DNA of 64,000 nucleotides from Amphiscolops sp. MND2022 (Eukaryota), in assembly GCA_964187785.1 (NCBI GenBank), contig OZ076409.1:38132001-38196000 (forward strand). Direction: 5' to 3'. A program made the translations under genes and the position numbers. Below, in pieces: positions 26,894 to 41,078 of the stretch (positions are counted from its first letter, which is position 1; each line of letters starts with the position of its first letter). The notes under the pieces were generated by a model. The model was not told where the DNA came from. It saw nothing but the letters and a program-made list of their open reading frames with translations, and did not search any database.

Positions 26894-29457
26894 CTAGCGG
26901 CTACCGCGTTCGAATATATTTTGCTATACGTCGTCGAAGGGCATGCCTCGGCATGCCCACGGACGGGGGGCGTTGATGTGTGTGGGGGGCGTTGACGTTA
27001 GAGATGAGTTGTGGTAAAGTAAGATTCAATATGGGTCAAAATCGTTCACTTTCCCGAGTCACTGAGTGCAAAAAGAAAAGTTTTCTGCAACAAACTGAAA
27101 CAATTTTCAATTGCTTTTGTGTTGTGGAAGATATAGACCGTAGTTCCTGACCTTTAGCGAGTACATTCTCATCTCCCCCGGGAAGGGAGATGGAATGTAC
27201 TCAACTGTTTCAAGTTATTTGATGAGAAAAAAATGAATAAATACACAAAAAAATTGTTATTATAGAAAAGAAAATTACGTCAAAAGACATCAAAGGGTGT
27301 CAATGGACAGCGGAACTGCAATGAAACACGTTTTGAGCAAAACATGTTGTATCTCAATGGCTTTCAGATGGGATAAATACTCAAAATATCAATTTTCTGT
27401 ATCTAACGGTCACCTTCAAAACGACAAAAGTCAATGTCAAGTTGAAGATAAAAAGACATTCTAAACGCCATTTTTCTTGTCTAAACAAGGGCTTTCCACA
27501 TGCATTCACTTGCTTTACTGGTTGGGGGGTGCTTTCCCCCACTTTGGGGGCCCAAATAACGGAAAAAAAAATTTTTGAAAATTTTTGAAAAATTCTAAGT
27601 CCCACAACTTTTCGCCCGGGAATGCTGGAACGCTGAAACTCCGTATTTAGGGCCAAATGGTTTTGCTGGGAATAAAACCGGCCAGGGGAGGCCTTTAGGC
27701 GAGTACATTTTTGAAAAAATGGCAAAGATAAGCTGGACCGTTAGAAAAATGAAACCCCCCCGCTCCGGAAAAACGCTATATCTCCTCGAGTTCAAGTCCG
27801 ATTGAGCTGAAATTTTCACACAGCATTCCGGAGACAGTTTGCAAACTTTCGTCAGCAAGGTTTGGAAGCGCTAGCGTGCACCCGTGGCGAGATATAAGAT
27901 GAAATTTAAAAAAAGTTGAAAATTTTACCCTAAAAACCGTTATTTTGGTCAACAAAAAATGTTTAGCGGGAAAAACGTCAGTAGGGAATCATCTTCACCG
28001 TGCCGAGGGGGGTACGTGTGCCAAATTTCAGCCAAATCGTATGGCTAGTTTACGAGATCCCAATTTTTTATGTCGTTTTCATCGGTTGAAAGACCCGATA
28101 CCACGGAAGCGCGTCAGGGACCCTCCCCAACCGCGCAACATCCCCCATTGTGTAAAAAAACACCGGCACCTAGGCTAACGCGCTCGAACATATCTTGGTA
28201 TACGTCGTCGAAGGGCATGCCTCGGCATGCCCACGGACGGGGGGCGTTGATAAATATGGGGGCGTTGATATAAAATAAATGTCGTTGTGAGCAACTTGGT
28301 ATAAAAAAGCACGTGCTGGTTTTTCTGCATACCCAGACAGATTACCAAGATATAACTCTATCAAAATGTCGGAACCAATATGCAATCTTTATACTGCGTA
28401 GCTCAGGAAGGTAAGGGCCGTAGTTCGGGGCTTTTTGCGAGTACATTCTCATCTCCACCGTGAAGGGGGGATGGAATGTACTCAACTGTTTCAAGTTATT
28501 TGATGAGAAAAAAATGAATGAATACACGAAATTTTTTCTTATATCAACAAAAAAAGATGTCAATTGACAACAAAGGGTGTTGATTGACTACCAAACTGAT
28601 ATGAATTACGTTTTGAGCAAAACAGGTTGCATCTCAATGGCTTTCAGATCAGATAAATACTCATAACGTTTACTTTTCACGTGCTTCACACCTCCAAACA
28701 TCACCTTCAAAACGTCATAAGTCAACGTTGAATAAAGATAAAAAGACGATTTAAACGGGATTTTTCTCCTCTAAACATGGCCTTTCCACATGAATTCACT
28801 CAAATTACTGGTTGGGGGGTCTTTTCCCCTCGGGGGGGAGGGCGGAAAACCGAAAAAAAAAATTTTGAAAATTTTTGAAATTTTCTAAGTCCCACAACTT
28901 TTCGCCCGGGAATGCTGGAACGCTGAAACTCCGTATTTAGGGCCAAATGGTTTTGCTGGGAATAAAACCGGCCAGGGGAGGTCTTTAGGCGAGTACATTT
29001 TCGAAAAAATGGCTAAGATAAGCTGGACCGTTAGAAAAATGAAACCCCCCCCGCTCCGGAAAAACGCTATATCTCCCTGAGTTCAAGTCCGATTGAGCTG
29101 AAAATTTCACACCGCATTCCTGAGACAGTTTGCAAGCTTTCTTTAGCAGGGTTTTGAAGCGCTAGCGTAAACCGGTGGCGAGATATAAGATAAAACTTAA
29201 AAAAAATTCAAAATTTTACCCCGAAAACCGTTATTTTGGACAACAAAAAAAATTTTGCGGGAAAAACGTCAGTAGGAAATCATCTTCACCATGCCGAGGG
29301 GAGTACGTGTGCCAAATTTCAGCCAAATCGTGTGGCTAGTTTAGGAGATCCCGAAAAATCGACCCCTGTTTCCTAGCTGGTGAACACCATACCCAAGAGC
29401 GCGCCAGGGACCCTACCCACACGCGCCACATACTTTATCGAATAGAAATCCCGGCAC

Positions 29458-31430
29458 CTAGCCCGGGATGTACGGGCGTCGTTAGGTATGTATTTGGTAT
29501 ACGTCGTCGAAGGGCATGCCTCGGCATGCCCACAGACGGTGGGCGTTGATGTAAAGTGTGTGGCGTTGACGTTAATTAAACTAAAATATGACGTTTCAGC
29601 TTCCATAATGAAATGTAATATTCCATTTGAACTTTTATAAATCTGTTACATACATTCCAATTAATACCATTTGTTAGGTAAATAGGTTTCCTGGCATTTA
29701 GGACACATTTTGTATGGAAAAAACCATTTTTTTCAACAATTTGCTCACTATGATTCTAATAACGGAATCATGACGGCATAGTTTTTGTCGTTGATACACT
29801 GTTGATGAAGCTCTAATTGGTACTAATGCAATATATACCTACCCAAAAACACTCTTGATTAACGATTTCAGAAGGATAGCGCTTCCAAGTTGACACCAGG
29901 CCAACTTGAAAGGCTATCAAAATGTAACGGTTATGTTGGTTGAGGTTTCGGAGTCTCTGAAACTATATGGAAAAACTTTAATTTTTAATAATAGTCCATA
30001 ATAGTCGACAAAGGTACGCCGAAAGACATTTTCAAACCAAAAACCTATCCTGTGTCCAACGGTTTGGACTTCCGGTGCTATATACCCCGTTACCCCCCAC
30101 AAGGTTTCATGACTATGTTCACTACTGCAGACCGTCGAAACACCTAATAGATACTTTTATCTACAAAATACCCAACATTTGTACACAATAGACACAAAAT
30201 TTGACCATTTCCGGTCGTTTACGGTACCAGGGGGACTTTAGGGTCAACATAACGGTTATGTCCGAATGCTCGCCTAACGTCCTTCCTTACATCATACAGT
30301 GTCCAAGCACCTATTACCACTCCTTCCGCATCTAAATGCCCTTCAAATAGGACAAAAATGGCAATTTTTTTCACATAACCGTCATTTCCGGTCGTAAGGG
30401 GTAACGAGGGGTGACTGAAACTATGTCCCCCAACTCGTCTCAATGAGTACTACAATAAGTTACCTAACGTTCCCTGGCTGGGACCGACCCTTTGGGCTCA
30501 AAATATGACATTTCCGGTCACTTAATGGTTAGCCTGGGGGGCCAAGTCCGTAACGGTGATAGATAGCGGAAATCTGTTTGCCCCCCTGAAGGCACCATAT
30601 CATGAGTATGAAACCTTGTAGTAGTGAAGGACACCGTAGCTCCACGCGTTCACGAGATATTTACCCCTCAATGCCCATTTTCCGTTTTTAACCGTAAAAA
30701 AACGGGCCGGAAGCCCCATTTCCTGCTAACGGGTTGGGCCAGGGGGTCCCAAACCACATGTTTCCGATAGATCCTTGTCTAAACCTACTTTTGATATATG
30801 GCACCCGACGCGCTACTCCCACTCCTTCACACCGGAAATAGCGGTAAAACGTGGAGGGGGACATTTTTGCCGCTCATATAACGGTCATTTCCTGTGCGGG
30901 GGGTAAACTGAGGTTCACAAACTACATGTCCCCCACTTCGTCTCAAGGCCGTCCCCAAAACATCACCTAACGACCCCGCGCTCAGACGACTCCTTCCGGG
31001 TCAAAAACCTGCGTTTCCGGAAAAATAACGTTTTGGGCGGGGGGGTACTTGGAGATAGCTTCAAGCTAGAAAAATTTGGTTTGGACCTCCGGAGCCCTTG
31101 CAACACGGTCAAGAAACTTTTAGCAGGGTCCCAACGTTTTAAATCAACAGAAAAAAAGTTATGTGGCCCAATATGAATTTTACCCCTAAAATGACCCCCT
31201 AACGGTCGCCCGTGTGGCCAGAAAAAAATTTTCCGGGGTATGGAACCCGGTGGGGGGCGCTAATTTTCGGAAAATCTGGTGGGGGCCGCTCCAACTTTAA
31301 AATCCTATGGTTAGATCACGAGATCCCGAAATTTTTGCAAGATTTCCTATCGATAGCTATTAGAGTTAAAATCGGATTCAGGACCCTACCCGAATCCTCC
31401 AATATATTTGTTGGGGTTACCCCCCCGCAC
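29458..31430. mobile_element. Cassette type G, long form (1973 bp), copy 1
   Basis: Shares only terminal motifs with the other types: CTAG, the core hairpin, GCGTTGA twice, AATCCTATGG-N10-GAGATC, GGACCCTACCC and CAC. The interior of about 1.7 kb is unrelated to the other types. Confidence 0.65.
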
Positions 31431-34400
31431 CTAGCGATAATGACTGCGTGGCACTGGGCATTTGGCATACGTCGTCGAAGGGCATGCCTCGGCATGCCCA
31501 CGGACGGTGGGCGTTGATGCAAGCAGGGGGGCGTTGACGTTGGAGGTGGATTGTAGTAGTAAAGTCAAGTAATGTATTTCAAGTATATTAATTTTTAAAA
31601 AATTCCGAAAAAATACAAAAACAAGTCTGTAAGAAGATTAAAAACGTGGGTTTCAAACTTTTGGTCATGGCGCTAGGTCTTTAGCGAGTACATTCTCATC
31701 TCCCCCGAAAGGGAGATGAAATGTACTCAACTGTTTTGAGTTATAAGATAATAAAAATTGGAATAAATACATTAAAATTGTTAATATATCGACGAAAAGT
31801 ATGTTTATATGACACCAAAGGGTATTGGTGCACTGGAAAATTACAACGAAAGACGTTTTGAGCAGGACAGCTTGCATCTCAACCGCTTTCATATGAGATA
31901 AAGACTCAAAACATCAACTTTTCACATGCCTCCTACATCCTTACATCACATTCAAAACGTCATAAGTCAACGTTGAGTCAAGATAAAAAGATGTTCTAAA
32001 CGGTATTTTTCTCGTCAAAACAAGGGCTTTCGACATGCATTCACTCAAATTACTGGTTGGGGGGTCGTTTCCCCTTCATTGGGGGCCCGGAAAACGAAAA
32101 AAAAATTTTTGAAAATTTTTGAAAATTTTCCAAGTCCCACAACTTTTCGCCCGGGAATGCTGGAACGCTGAAACTCCGTATTTAGGGCCAAATGGTTTTG
32201 CTGGGAGTAAATTCGGCCAGGGGGAGGCCTTTAGGCGAGTACATTTTCGAAAAAATGGCAAAGATAAGCTGGACCGTTAGAAAAGGTTCCCCAAAAATAC
32301 CGTTATTTCTCCAAGACTACAAGTCCGATCGGAACGGGCCTGACTTCCCCGTACAGCCTCAACACCCTAGAGTTTATAATCAGCTTAACGCGTCCCGCTC
32401 CGGGCACCTGGGAACGAGATATGGGCTGACAAAGTTGAAAAAAGTGCATTTTTGCCATTTTTGGGACCGTTATTTGCCCATATCTCGTCTCACAGTGGAA
32501 TTTGGGAAAAATCACCTCCTACACGTTTTACCTACTCACCAATTCCAGGCCACATGCCAAATTTCAGAAAAATCGTATGGCTCAAACTATGAGATCTCGT
32601 AGAATTCTGCACGTTTCGGTGAGCATCCAATTCTTCTAGGTCGTCGCGGGGCCCTACCCACTCCTCAATGCAAAAGCACGTCGAAAAGACACGGCCACCT
32701 AGCGATAATGACTGCGTGGCACTGGGCATTTGGCATACGTCGTCGAAGGGCATGCCTCGGCATGCCCACGGACGGTGGGCGTTGATGCAAGCAGGGGGGC
32801 GTTGACGTTGGAGGTGGAATGTAGTAGTAAAGTCAAGTAATGTATTTCAAGTATATTAATTTTTAAAAAATTCCGAAAAAATACAAAAACAAGTCTGTAA
32901 GAAGATAAAAAACGCGGGTTTCAAACTTTTGGTCATGGCGCTAGGTCTTTAGCGAGTACATTCTCATCTCCCCCGAAAGGGAGATGAAATGTACTCAACT
33001 GTTTTGAGTTATAAGATAATAAAAATTGGAATAAAAACATTAAAATTGTTAATATATCGACGAAAAGTATAATTATATGACACCAAAGGGTATTGGTGCA
33101 CTGGAAAATTACAACGAAAGACGTTTTGAGCAGGACAGCTTGCATCTCAACCGCTTTCAAATGAGATAAAGACTCAAAACATCAACTTTTCACATGCCTC
33201 CTACATCCTTACATCACATTCAAAACGTCATAAGTCAACGTTGAGTCAAGATAAAAAGATGTTCTAAACGGTATTTTTCTCGTCAAAACAAGGGCTTTTG
33301 ACATGAATTCACTCAAATTACTGGTTGGGGGGTCGTTTCCCCTTCATTGGGGGCCCGGAAAACGAAAAAAAAATTTTTTGAAAATTTTTGAAAATTTTCC
33401 AAGTCCCACAACTTTTCGCCCGGGAATGCTGGAACGCTGAAACTCCGTATTTAGGGCCAAATGGTTTTGCTGGGAGTAAATTCGGCCAGGGGGAGGCCTT
33501 TAGGCGAGTACATTTTCGAAAAAATGGCAAAGATAAGCTGGACCGTTAGAAAAGGTTCCCCAAAAATACCGTTATTTCTCCAAGACTACAAGTCCGATCG
33601 GAACGGGCCTGACTTCCCCGTACAGCCTCAACACCCTAGAGTTTATAATCAGCTTAACGCGTCCCGCTCCGGGCACCTGGGAACGAGATATGGGCTGACA
33701 AAGTTGAAAAAAGTGCATTTTTGCCATTTTTGGGACCGTTATTTGCCCATATCTCGTCTCACAGTGGAATTTGGGAAAAATCACCTCCTACACGTTTTAC
33801 CTACTCACCAATTCCAGGCCACATGCCAAATTTCAGCAAAATCGTATGGCTCAAACTATGAGATCTCGTAGAATTCTGCACGTTTCGGTGAGCATCCAAT
33901 TCTTCTAGGTCGTCGCGGGGCCCTACCCACTCCTCAATGCAAAAGCACGTCGAAAAGACACGGCCACCTAGCGGCTACCGCGCTAACGCATATTTTGGTG
34001 CGGGTCGTCGAAGGGCATGCCTCGGCATGCCCACGGACGGGGGGCGTTGATAAATATGGGGGCGTTGATATAAAATAATTGTCGTTGTGAGCAACTTGGT
34101 ATTAAAAGGCACGTGCTGATTTTTCGGCATATCCAGACAGATTACCAAGATATAACTCTATGAAAATGTCGGAACCAATATGTAATCCTTATACTGCGTA
34201 GCTCGGGAAGGTAAGGGCCGTAGTTCGGTGCTTTTTGCGAGTACATTCTCATCTCCCCCGGAAGGGGGGGATGGAATGTACTCAACTGTTCCAAGTTATT
34301 TGATGAGAAAAAAATGAATAAATACACAAATTTTTTTTATTTTAACAACAAAAAAGTATGTCAAACGACAACAAAGGGTGTTGATTGATTGCCAAACTGC

Positions 34401-36543
34401 AATGAATTACGTTTTGAGCAATCATATTGCATCTCAATGGCTTTCAGATCAGATAAATACTCATAACGTTTACTATTAACTTGCTTTACACCTCCAAACA
34501 TCACCTTCAAAACGTCATAAGTCAACGTTGAGCCAAGATAAAAAGACGTTCTAAACGGCATTTTTCTCCTCTAAACATGGCCTTTCCACATGCATTCACT
34601 TGATTTACTGGTTGGGGGGTCTTTTCCCCCACTTTGGGGGCCCAAATAACGAAAAAAAAATTTTTGAAAATTTTTGAAATTTTCTAAGTCCCACAACTTT
34701 TCGCCCGAGAATGCTGGAACGCTGAAACTCCGTATTTAGGGCCAAATGGTTTTGCTGGGAATAAAACCGGCCAGGGGAGGCCTTTAGGCGAGTGCATTTT
34801 CGAAAAAATGGCAAAGATAAGCTGGACCGTTAGAAAAATGAAACCCCCCCGCTCCGGAAAAACGCTATATCTCCTCGAGTTCAAATCCGATTGAGCTGAA
34901 ATTTTCACACAGCATTCCTGAGACAGTTTGCAAACTTTCGTCAGCAAGGTTTGGAAGCGCTAGCGTGCACCCGTGGCGAGATATAAGATGAAATTTAAAA
35001 AAAGTTGAAAATTTTACCCCAAAAACCGTTATTTTGGTCAACAAAAAATGTTTAGCGGGAAAAACGTCAGTAGGAAATCATCTTCACCGTGCCGAGGGGG
35101 GTACGTGTGCCAAATTTCAGCCAAATCGTATGGCTAGTTTACGAGATCTCAATTTTCTTTGTCGATTTCACTAGTTGAAAAACCTGATCTCACGGAAGCG
35201 CGTCAGGGACCCTCCCCAACCGCGCAACTTCCCCCATTGTGTAAAAAACACCGGCACCTAGGCTAACGCGCTCGAACATATCTTGGTATACGTCGTCGAA
35301 GGGCATGCCTCGGCATGCCCACGGACGGAGGGCGTTGATAAATATGGGGGCGTTGATATAAAATAATTGTCGTTGTAAGCAACTTGGTATAAAAAAGCAC
35401 GTGCTGGTTTTTCTGCATATCCAGACAGATTACCAAGATTTAACTCTATGAAAATGTCGGAACCAATATGTAATCCCTATACTGCGTAGCTCGGGAAGGT
35501 AAGGGCCGTAGTTCGGTGCTTTTTGCGAGTACATTCTCATCTCCCCCGGAAGGGGGGGATGGAATGTACTCAACTGTTTCAAGTTATTTGATGAGAAAAA
35601 AATGAATAAATACACAAAATTTTTTATTATAACAACAAAAAAGTATGTCAAACGACAACAAAGGGTGTTGATTGATTGCCAAACTGCCATGAATTACGTT
35701 TTGAGCAAACCATATTGCATCTCAATGGCTTTCAGATCAGATAAATACTCATAACGTTTACTATTCACGTGCTTTACACCTCCAAACATCACCTTCAAAA
35801 CGTCATAAGTCAACGTTGAGCCAAGATAAAAAGACGTTCTAAACGGCATTTTTCTCCTCTAAACAAGGGCTTTGCACATGCATTCACTTGCTTTACTGGT
35901 TGGGGGGTCTTTTCCCCCACTTTGGGGGCCCAAATAACGGAAAAAAAATTTTGAAAATTTTTGAAATTTTCTAAGTCCCACAACTTTTTGCCCGGGAATG
36001 CTGGAACGCTGAAACTCCGTATTTAGGGCCAAATGGTTTTGCTGGGAATAAAACCGGCCAGGGGAGGCCTTTAGGCGAGTGCATTTTCGAAAAAATGGCA
36101 AAGATAAGCTGGACCGTTAGAAAAATGAAACCCCCCCGCTCCGGAAAAACGCTATATCTCCTCGAGTTTAAGTCCGATTGAGCTGAAAATTTCACACCGC
36201 ATTCCTGAGACAGTTTGCAAGCTTTCTTTAGCAGGGTTTGGAAGCGCTAGCGTGCACCCGTGGCGAGATATAAGATGAAATTTAAAAAAAGTTGAAAATT
36301 TTACCCTAAAAACCGTTATTTTGGTCAACAAAAAATGTTTAGCGGGAAAAACGTCAGTAGGGAATCATCTTCACCGTGCCGAGGGGGGTACGTGTGCCAA
36401 ATTTCAGCCAAATCGTATGGCTAGTTTAGGAGATCCCGGAATTCAGGGGGTCTATTTAGGAGTAGGAAAACCGAAAACACAGGAGCGCGCCAGGGGCCCT
36501 ACCCACACGCGCAGAATTCCTTATCGAATGGAAATCCCGGCAC

Positions 36544-37819
36544 CTAGCTGCTACCGCGTTCGGGGTATATCTTGGTGCACGTCGTCGAAGGGCATGCCTC
36601 GGCATGCCCACGGACGGGGGGCGTTGATAAGAACTATGGGGCGTTGACGTAAACATGTGTCGTTGTGAGGAAACTTTGTATAATCAGGACAGAATTTTCG
36701 GTTTTTCCAGTCAATCTACAAAGATAAAAATATATCAAAAGGTCTGCATGCATATGCAATATTTGTAGTGCGTAGCTCGGGAAGGTATTGGCCGTAGTTC
36801 TTGGCTTTTAGCGAGTACATTCTCATCTCCCCCGGGAAGGGAGATGGAATGTACTCAACTGTTTCAAGATATTAGATTAAAAAAAAAGAAAAAATGCACA
36901 AAAAATTGGTTTTATATCAAAGCAAAAATATGTCAAAAGTCACCAAAGGGTGTTAATAGACAGCGAAACTGCAATGAAACCCGTTTTGAGCAAAACATGT
37001 TGTATCTCAATGGCTTTCAGATGAGATAAATACTCAAAACATCAATTTTCCATATCTAACGGTCAATTTCAAAACGTCATAAGTCAACGTTGAGTAAAGA
37101 TAAAAAGACGTTCTAAACGGCATTTTTCTCCTCTATACAAGGGCTTTGCACATGCATTCACTCAAATTAATGGTTGGGGGGTCCTTTCCCCCACTTTGGG
37201 GGCCCAAACAACAAAAAAAAAATTTTTGAAAATTTTTGAAATTTTCTAAGTCCCACAACTTTTCGCCCGAGAATGCTAGAACGCTGAAACTCCGTATTTA
37301 GGGCCAAATGGTTTTTTTTGGGAGTAAAACCGGCCAGGGGAGGCCTTTAGGCGAGTGCATTTTCGAAAAAATGGCAAAGATAAGCTGGACCGTTAGAAAA
37401 ATGAAACCCCCCCGCTCCGGAAAAACGCGATATCTCCCCGAGTTTTTGTCCGATTGAGCTGAAAATTTCACACCGCATTCCTGAGACAGTTTGCAAACTT
37501 TCGTCAGCAAGGTTTTGAAGCGCTAGCGTAAACCCTTGGCGAGATATAAGATGAAATTTAAAAAAAATCAAAAATTTTCCACCAAAAACCGTTATTTTGG
37601 TCAACAAAAAATGTTTAGCGGGCAAAACGTCAGTAGGGAATCATCTTCACCGTGCCGAGGGGGGTACGTGTGCCAAATTTCAGCCAAATCGTGTGGCTAG
37701 TTTTCGAGATCCGAGATAACCGATGTGTGAATTTAGAGTAGGAAAACCCAAAACACAGGAGCGCGCCAGGGGCCCTACCCACACGCGCAGAATTCCTTAT
37801 CGAATGGAAATCCCGGCAC
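36544..37819. mobile_element. Cassette type H (single copy, B/C-related, 1276 bp)
   Basis: Unique segment GATAAGAACTATGGGGCGTTGACGTAAACATG after the core, followed by C-like and B-like blocks. Confidence 0.55.
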
Positions 37820-39107
37820 CTAGGCTAACGCGCTCGAACATATCTTGGTATACGTCGTCGAAGGGCATGCCTCGGCATGCCCACGGACGGGGGGCGTTGA
37901 TAAATATGGGGGCGTTGATATAAAATAAATGTCGTTGTGAGCAACTTGGTATAAAAAAGCACGTGCTGGTTTTTCTGCATACCCAGACAGATTACCAAGA
38001 TATAACTCTATCAAAATGTCGGAACCAATATGCAATCTTTATACTGTGTAGCTCAGGAAGGTAAGGGCCGTAGTTCGGGGCTTTTTGCGAGTACATTCTC
38101 ATCTCCCCCGTGAAGGGGGGATGGAATGTACTCAACTGTTTCAAGTTATTTGATGAGAAAAAAATGAATAAATACACAAAATTTTTTCTTATATCAACAA
38201 AAAAAGATGTCAAATGACAACAAAGGGTGTTGATTGACTACCAAACTGATATGAATTACGTTTTGAGCAAAACAGGTTGCATCTCAATGGCTTTCAGATC
38301 AGATAAATACTCATAACGTTTACTTTTCACGTGCTTCACACCTCCAAACATCACCTTCAAAACGTCATAAGTCAACGTTGAATAAAGATAAAAAGACGAT
38401 TTAAACGGGATTTTTCTCCTCTAAACATGGCCTTTCCACATGAATTCACTCAATTTACTGGTTGGGGGGTCTTTTCCCCTAGGGGGGGAGGGCGGAAAAC
38501 GGAAAAAAAAAATTTTGAAAATTTTTGAACTTTTCTAAGTCCCACAACTTTTCGCCCGGGAATGCTGGAACGCTGAAACTCCGTATTTAGGGCCAAATGG
38601 TTTTGCTGTGAATAAAACCGGCCAGGGGAGATCTTTAGGCGAGTACATTTTCGAAAAAATGGCTAAGATAAGCTGGACCGTTACAAAAATGAAACCCCCC
38701 CGCTCCGGAAAAACGCTATATCTCCCTGAGTTTAAGTCCGATTGAGCTGAAATTTTCACACCGCATTCCTGAGACAGTTTGCAAGCTTTCTTTAGCAGGG
38801 TTTTGAAGCGCTAGCGTAAACCCGTGGCGAGATATAAGATGAAATTTAAAAAAAATTCAAAATTTTACCCCAAAAACCGTTATTTTGGACAACAAAAAAA
38901 ATTTTGCGGGAAAAACGTCAGTAGGAAATCATCTTCACCGTGCCGAGGGGGGTACGTGTGCCAAATTTCAGCCAAATCGTGTGGCTAGTTTAGGAGATCC
39001 CGAAAAATCGACCCCTGTTTCCTAGCTGGTGAACACCATACCCAAGAGCGCGCAAGGGACCCTACCCAAGGCGCGCCACATACTTTATCGAATAGAAATC
39101 CCGGCAC

Positions 39108-41078
39108 CTAGCCCGGGATATACGGGCGTCGTTTGATAAGGATTTGTCATACGTCGTCGAAGGGCATGCCTCGGCATGCCCACAGACGGTGTGCGTTGAT
39201 GTAAAGTGTGTGGCGTTGACGTTAATTAAACTAAAATATGACGTTTCAGCTTCCATAATGAAATGTAATATTCAATTTGAACTTTTATAAATCTGTTACA
39301 AACATTCCAATTAATACCATTTGTTAGGTAAATAGGTTTCCTGGCATTTAGGACACATTTTGTATGGAAAAAACCATTTTTTTCAACAATTTGCTCACTA
39401 TGATTCTAATAACGGAATCATGACGGCATAGTTTTTGTCGTTGATACACTGTTGATGAAGCTCTAATTGGTACTAATGCAATATATACCTACCCAAAAAC
39501 ACTCTTGATTAACGATTTCAGAAGGATAGCGCTTCCAAGTTGACACCAGGCCAACTTGAAAGGCTATCATAAGGTAACGGTTATGTTGGTTGAGGTTTCG
39601 GAGTCTCTGAAACTATATGGAAAAACTTTAATTTTTAAAAATAGTCCACAAGAGTCGAAAAAATTACGCCGAAAGACATTTTAAAACCAAAAAACCTATC
39701 CTGTCTCCAACGGTTTGACTTCCGGTGCTATATACCGTTACCCCCCACAAGGTTTCATGACTATGTTCACTACTGTAGACCGTCGAAACACCTAATAGAT
39801 ACTTTTACCTACAAAATACAAAACATTTGTACCCAATAGACACAAAATTTGACCATTTCCGGTCGTTTACGGTACCAGGGGGACTTTAGGGTCAACATAA
39901 CGGTTATTTCCGAATGCTCGCCTCACGTCCTCCCTTACCTCATATAGTGTCCAAGCACCTATTACCACTCCTTCCGCACCTAAATACACTTGAAAAGGTA
40001 TAAAAATTGCAATTTTACCCACATAACGGTCATTTCCGGTCCCAAGGGGTAACGGGGGGTGACTGAAACTATATCCCCCAACTCGTCTCATTGAGTACTA
40101 CAATAAGTTACCTAACGTTCCCCAGCTGGGACCGACCCTTTGGGCTCAAAAAGTGACATTTCCGGTCACATAGCGGTTAGGCTGGGGGGCCAAGTCGGTA
40201 ACGGTGATAGATAGCGGAAATCTGTTTGCCCCCCTGAAGGCACCATATCATGGGTATGAAACCTTGTAGTAGTGATGGACACGATTGCTCCACGCGTTCA
40301 CGAGATATTTACCCCTCAATGCCCATTTTACGGTTTTAGCACCAAAAAAAGGAGGCGGAAGCCCCATTTCCCGCTAACGGGTTGGTCCAGGGGGTCCCAA
40401 ACTACATGTTTCCGATAGGTCCTTGTCTAAACCTACTTTTGTTATATAACACCCGACGCGCTACTCCCACTCCTTCACACCGGAAATAGCGGTGAAACGT
40501 GGAGGGGGGCATTTTTCACGCTCATATAACGGTCATTTCCCGTCCGGGGGGTAAATTGAGGTTGGCAAACTACTTGTCCCCCACTTCGTCTCAAGGCCGT
40601 CCCCAATACATCACCTAACGACCCCGCGCTCAGACGACTCCTTCCGGGTCAAAAACCTGCGTTTCCGGAAAAATAACGGTTTGAGCGGGGGGGTACTTGG
40701 AGATAGCTTCAAGATAGAAAAATTTGGTTTGGACCTTCGGGGCCCCTGCAACACGGTCAAGAAACTTTTAGCAGGGTTCCAAAGTTTTAAATCAACAGAA
40801 AAAAAGTTATGTGGCCCAATATGAATTTTACCCCTAAAATGACCCCCTAACGGTCGCCCGTGTGGCCAGAAAAAAATTTCCCGGGGTATGGAACCCGGTG
40901 GGGGGCGCTAATTTTCGGAAAATCTGGTGGGGGCCGCTCCAACTTTAAAATCCTATGGTTAGATCACGAGATCCCGAAATTTTTGCAAGATTTCCTATCG
41001 ATAGCTATTAGAGTTAAAATCGGATTCAGGACCCTACCCGAATCCTCCAATATATTTGTTGGGGTTACCCCCCCGCAC
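39108..41078. mobile_element. Cassette type G, copy 2 (1971 bp), the terminal unit abutting host DNA
   Basis: Co-linear with 29458-31430. Ends CCCCCCGCAC followed by host CAAG instead of CTAG. Confidence 0.65.

Larger units (their letters stand above)
1..41078. repeat. Heterogeneous head-to-tail array of non-coding cassettes joined at CAC|CTAG (31 complete units plus a partial one; continues beyond the window start)
   Basis: Unit starts (the C of CTAG) with type: 53A, 1321B, 2610C, 3884B, 5176C, 6450B, 7740B, 9027B, 10316D, 11585E, 12867E, 14148A, 15417A, 16684E, 17966A, 19234A, 20503E, 21785A, 23054C, 24338E, 25621F, 26894C, 28170B, 29458G, 31431A, 32699A, 33968B, 35258B, 36544H, 37820B, 39108G. 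The last unit ends at 41078. Every unit carries a core close to GTCGTCGAAGGGCATGCCTCGGCATGCCCAC(G/A)GACG about 35-45 nt after CTAG. Confidence 0.95.

Noticed and set aside
1..41078. CRISPR array
   Set aside because: The context is eukaryotic with spliceosomal introns, the inter-repeat segments are over 1.2 kb and homologous to each other, and there are no cas genes.
1..41078. rDNA, 5S, snRNA, spliced-leader or histone tandem gene cluster
   Set aside because: I recognise no rRNA, 5S, U snRNA, tRNA or histone sequence in any unit. A novel ncRNA cannot be excluded without an Rfam search.
1..41078. Ordinary satellite DNA or canonical TIR-transposon/Helitron tandem
   Set aside because: Units of unrelated interior and length (type G) are interleaved at a base-exact joint. 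There are no terminal inverted repeats or target duplications, and no 5'-TC start or A|T target as in canonical Helitrons.
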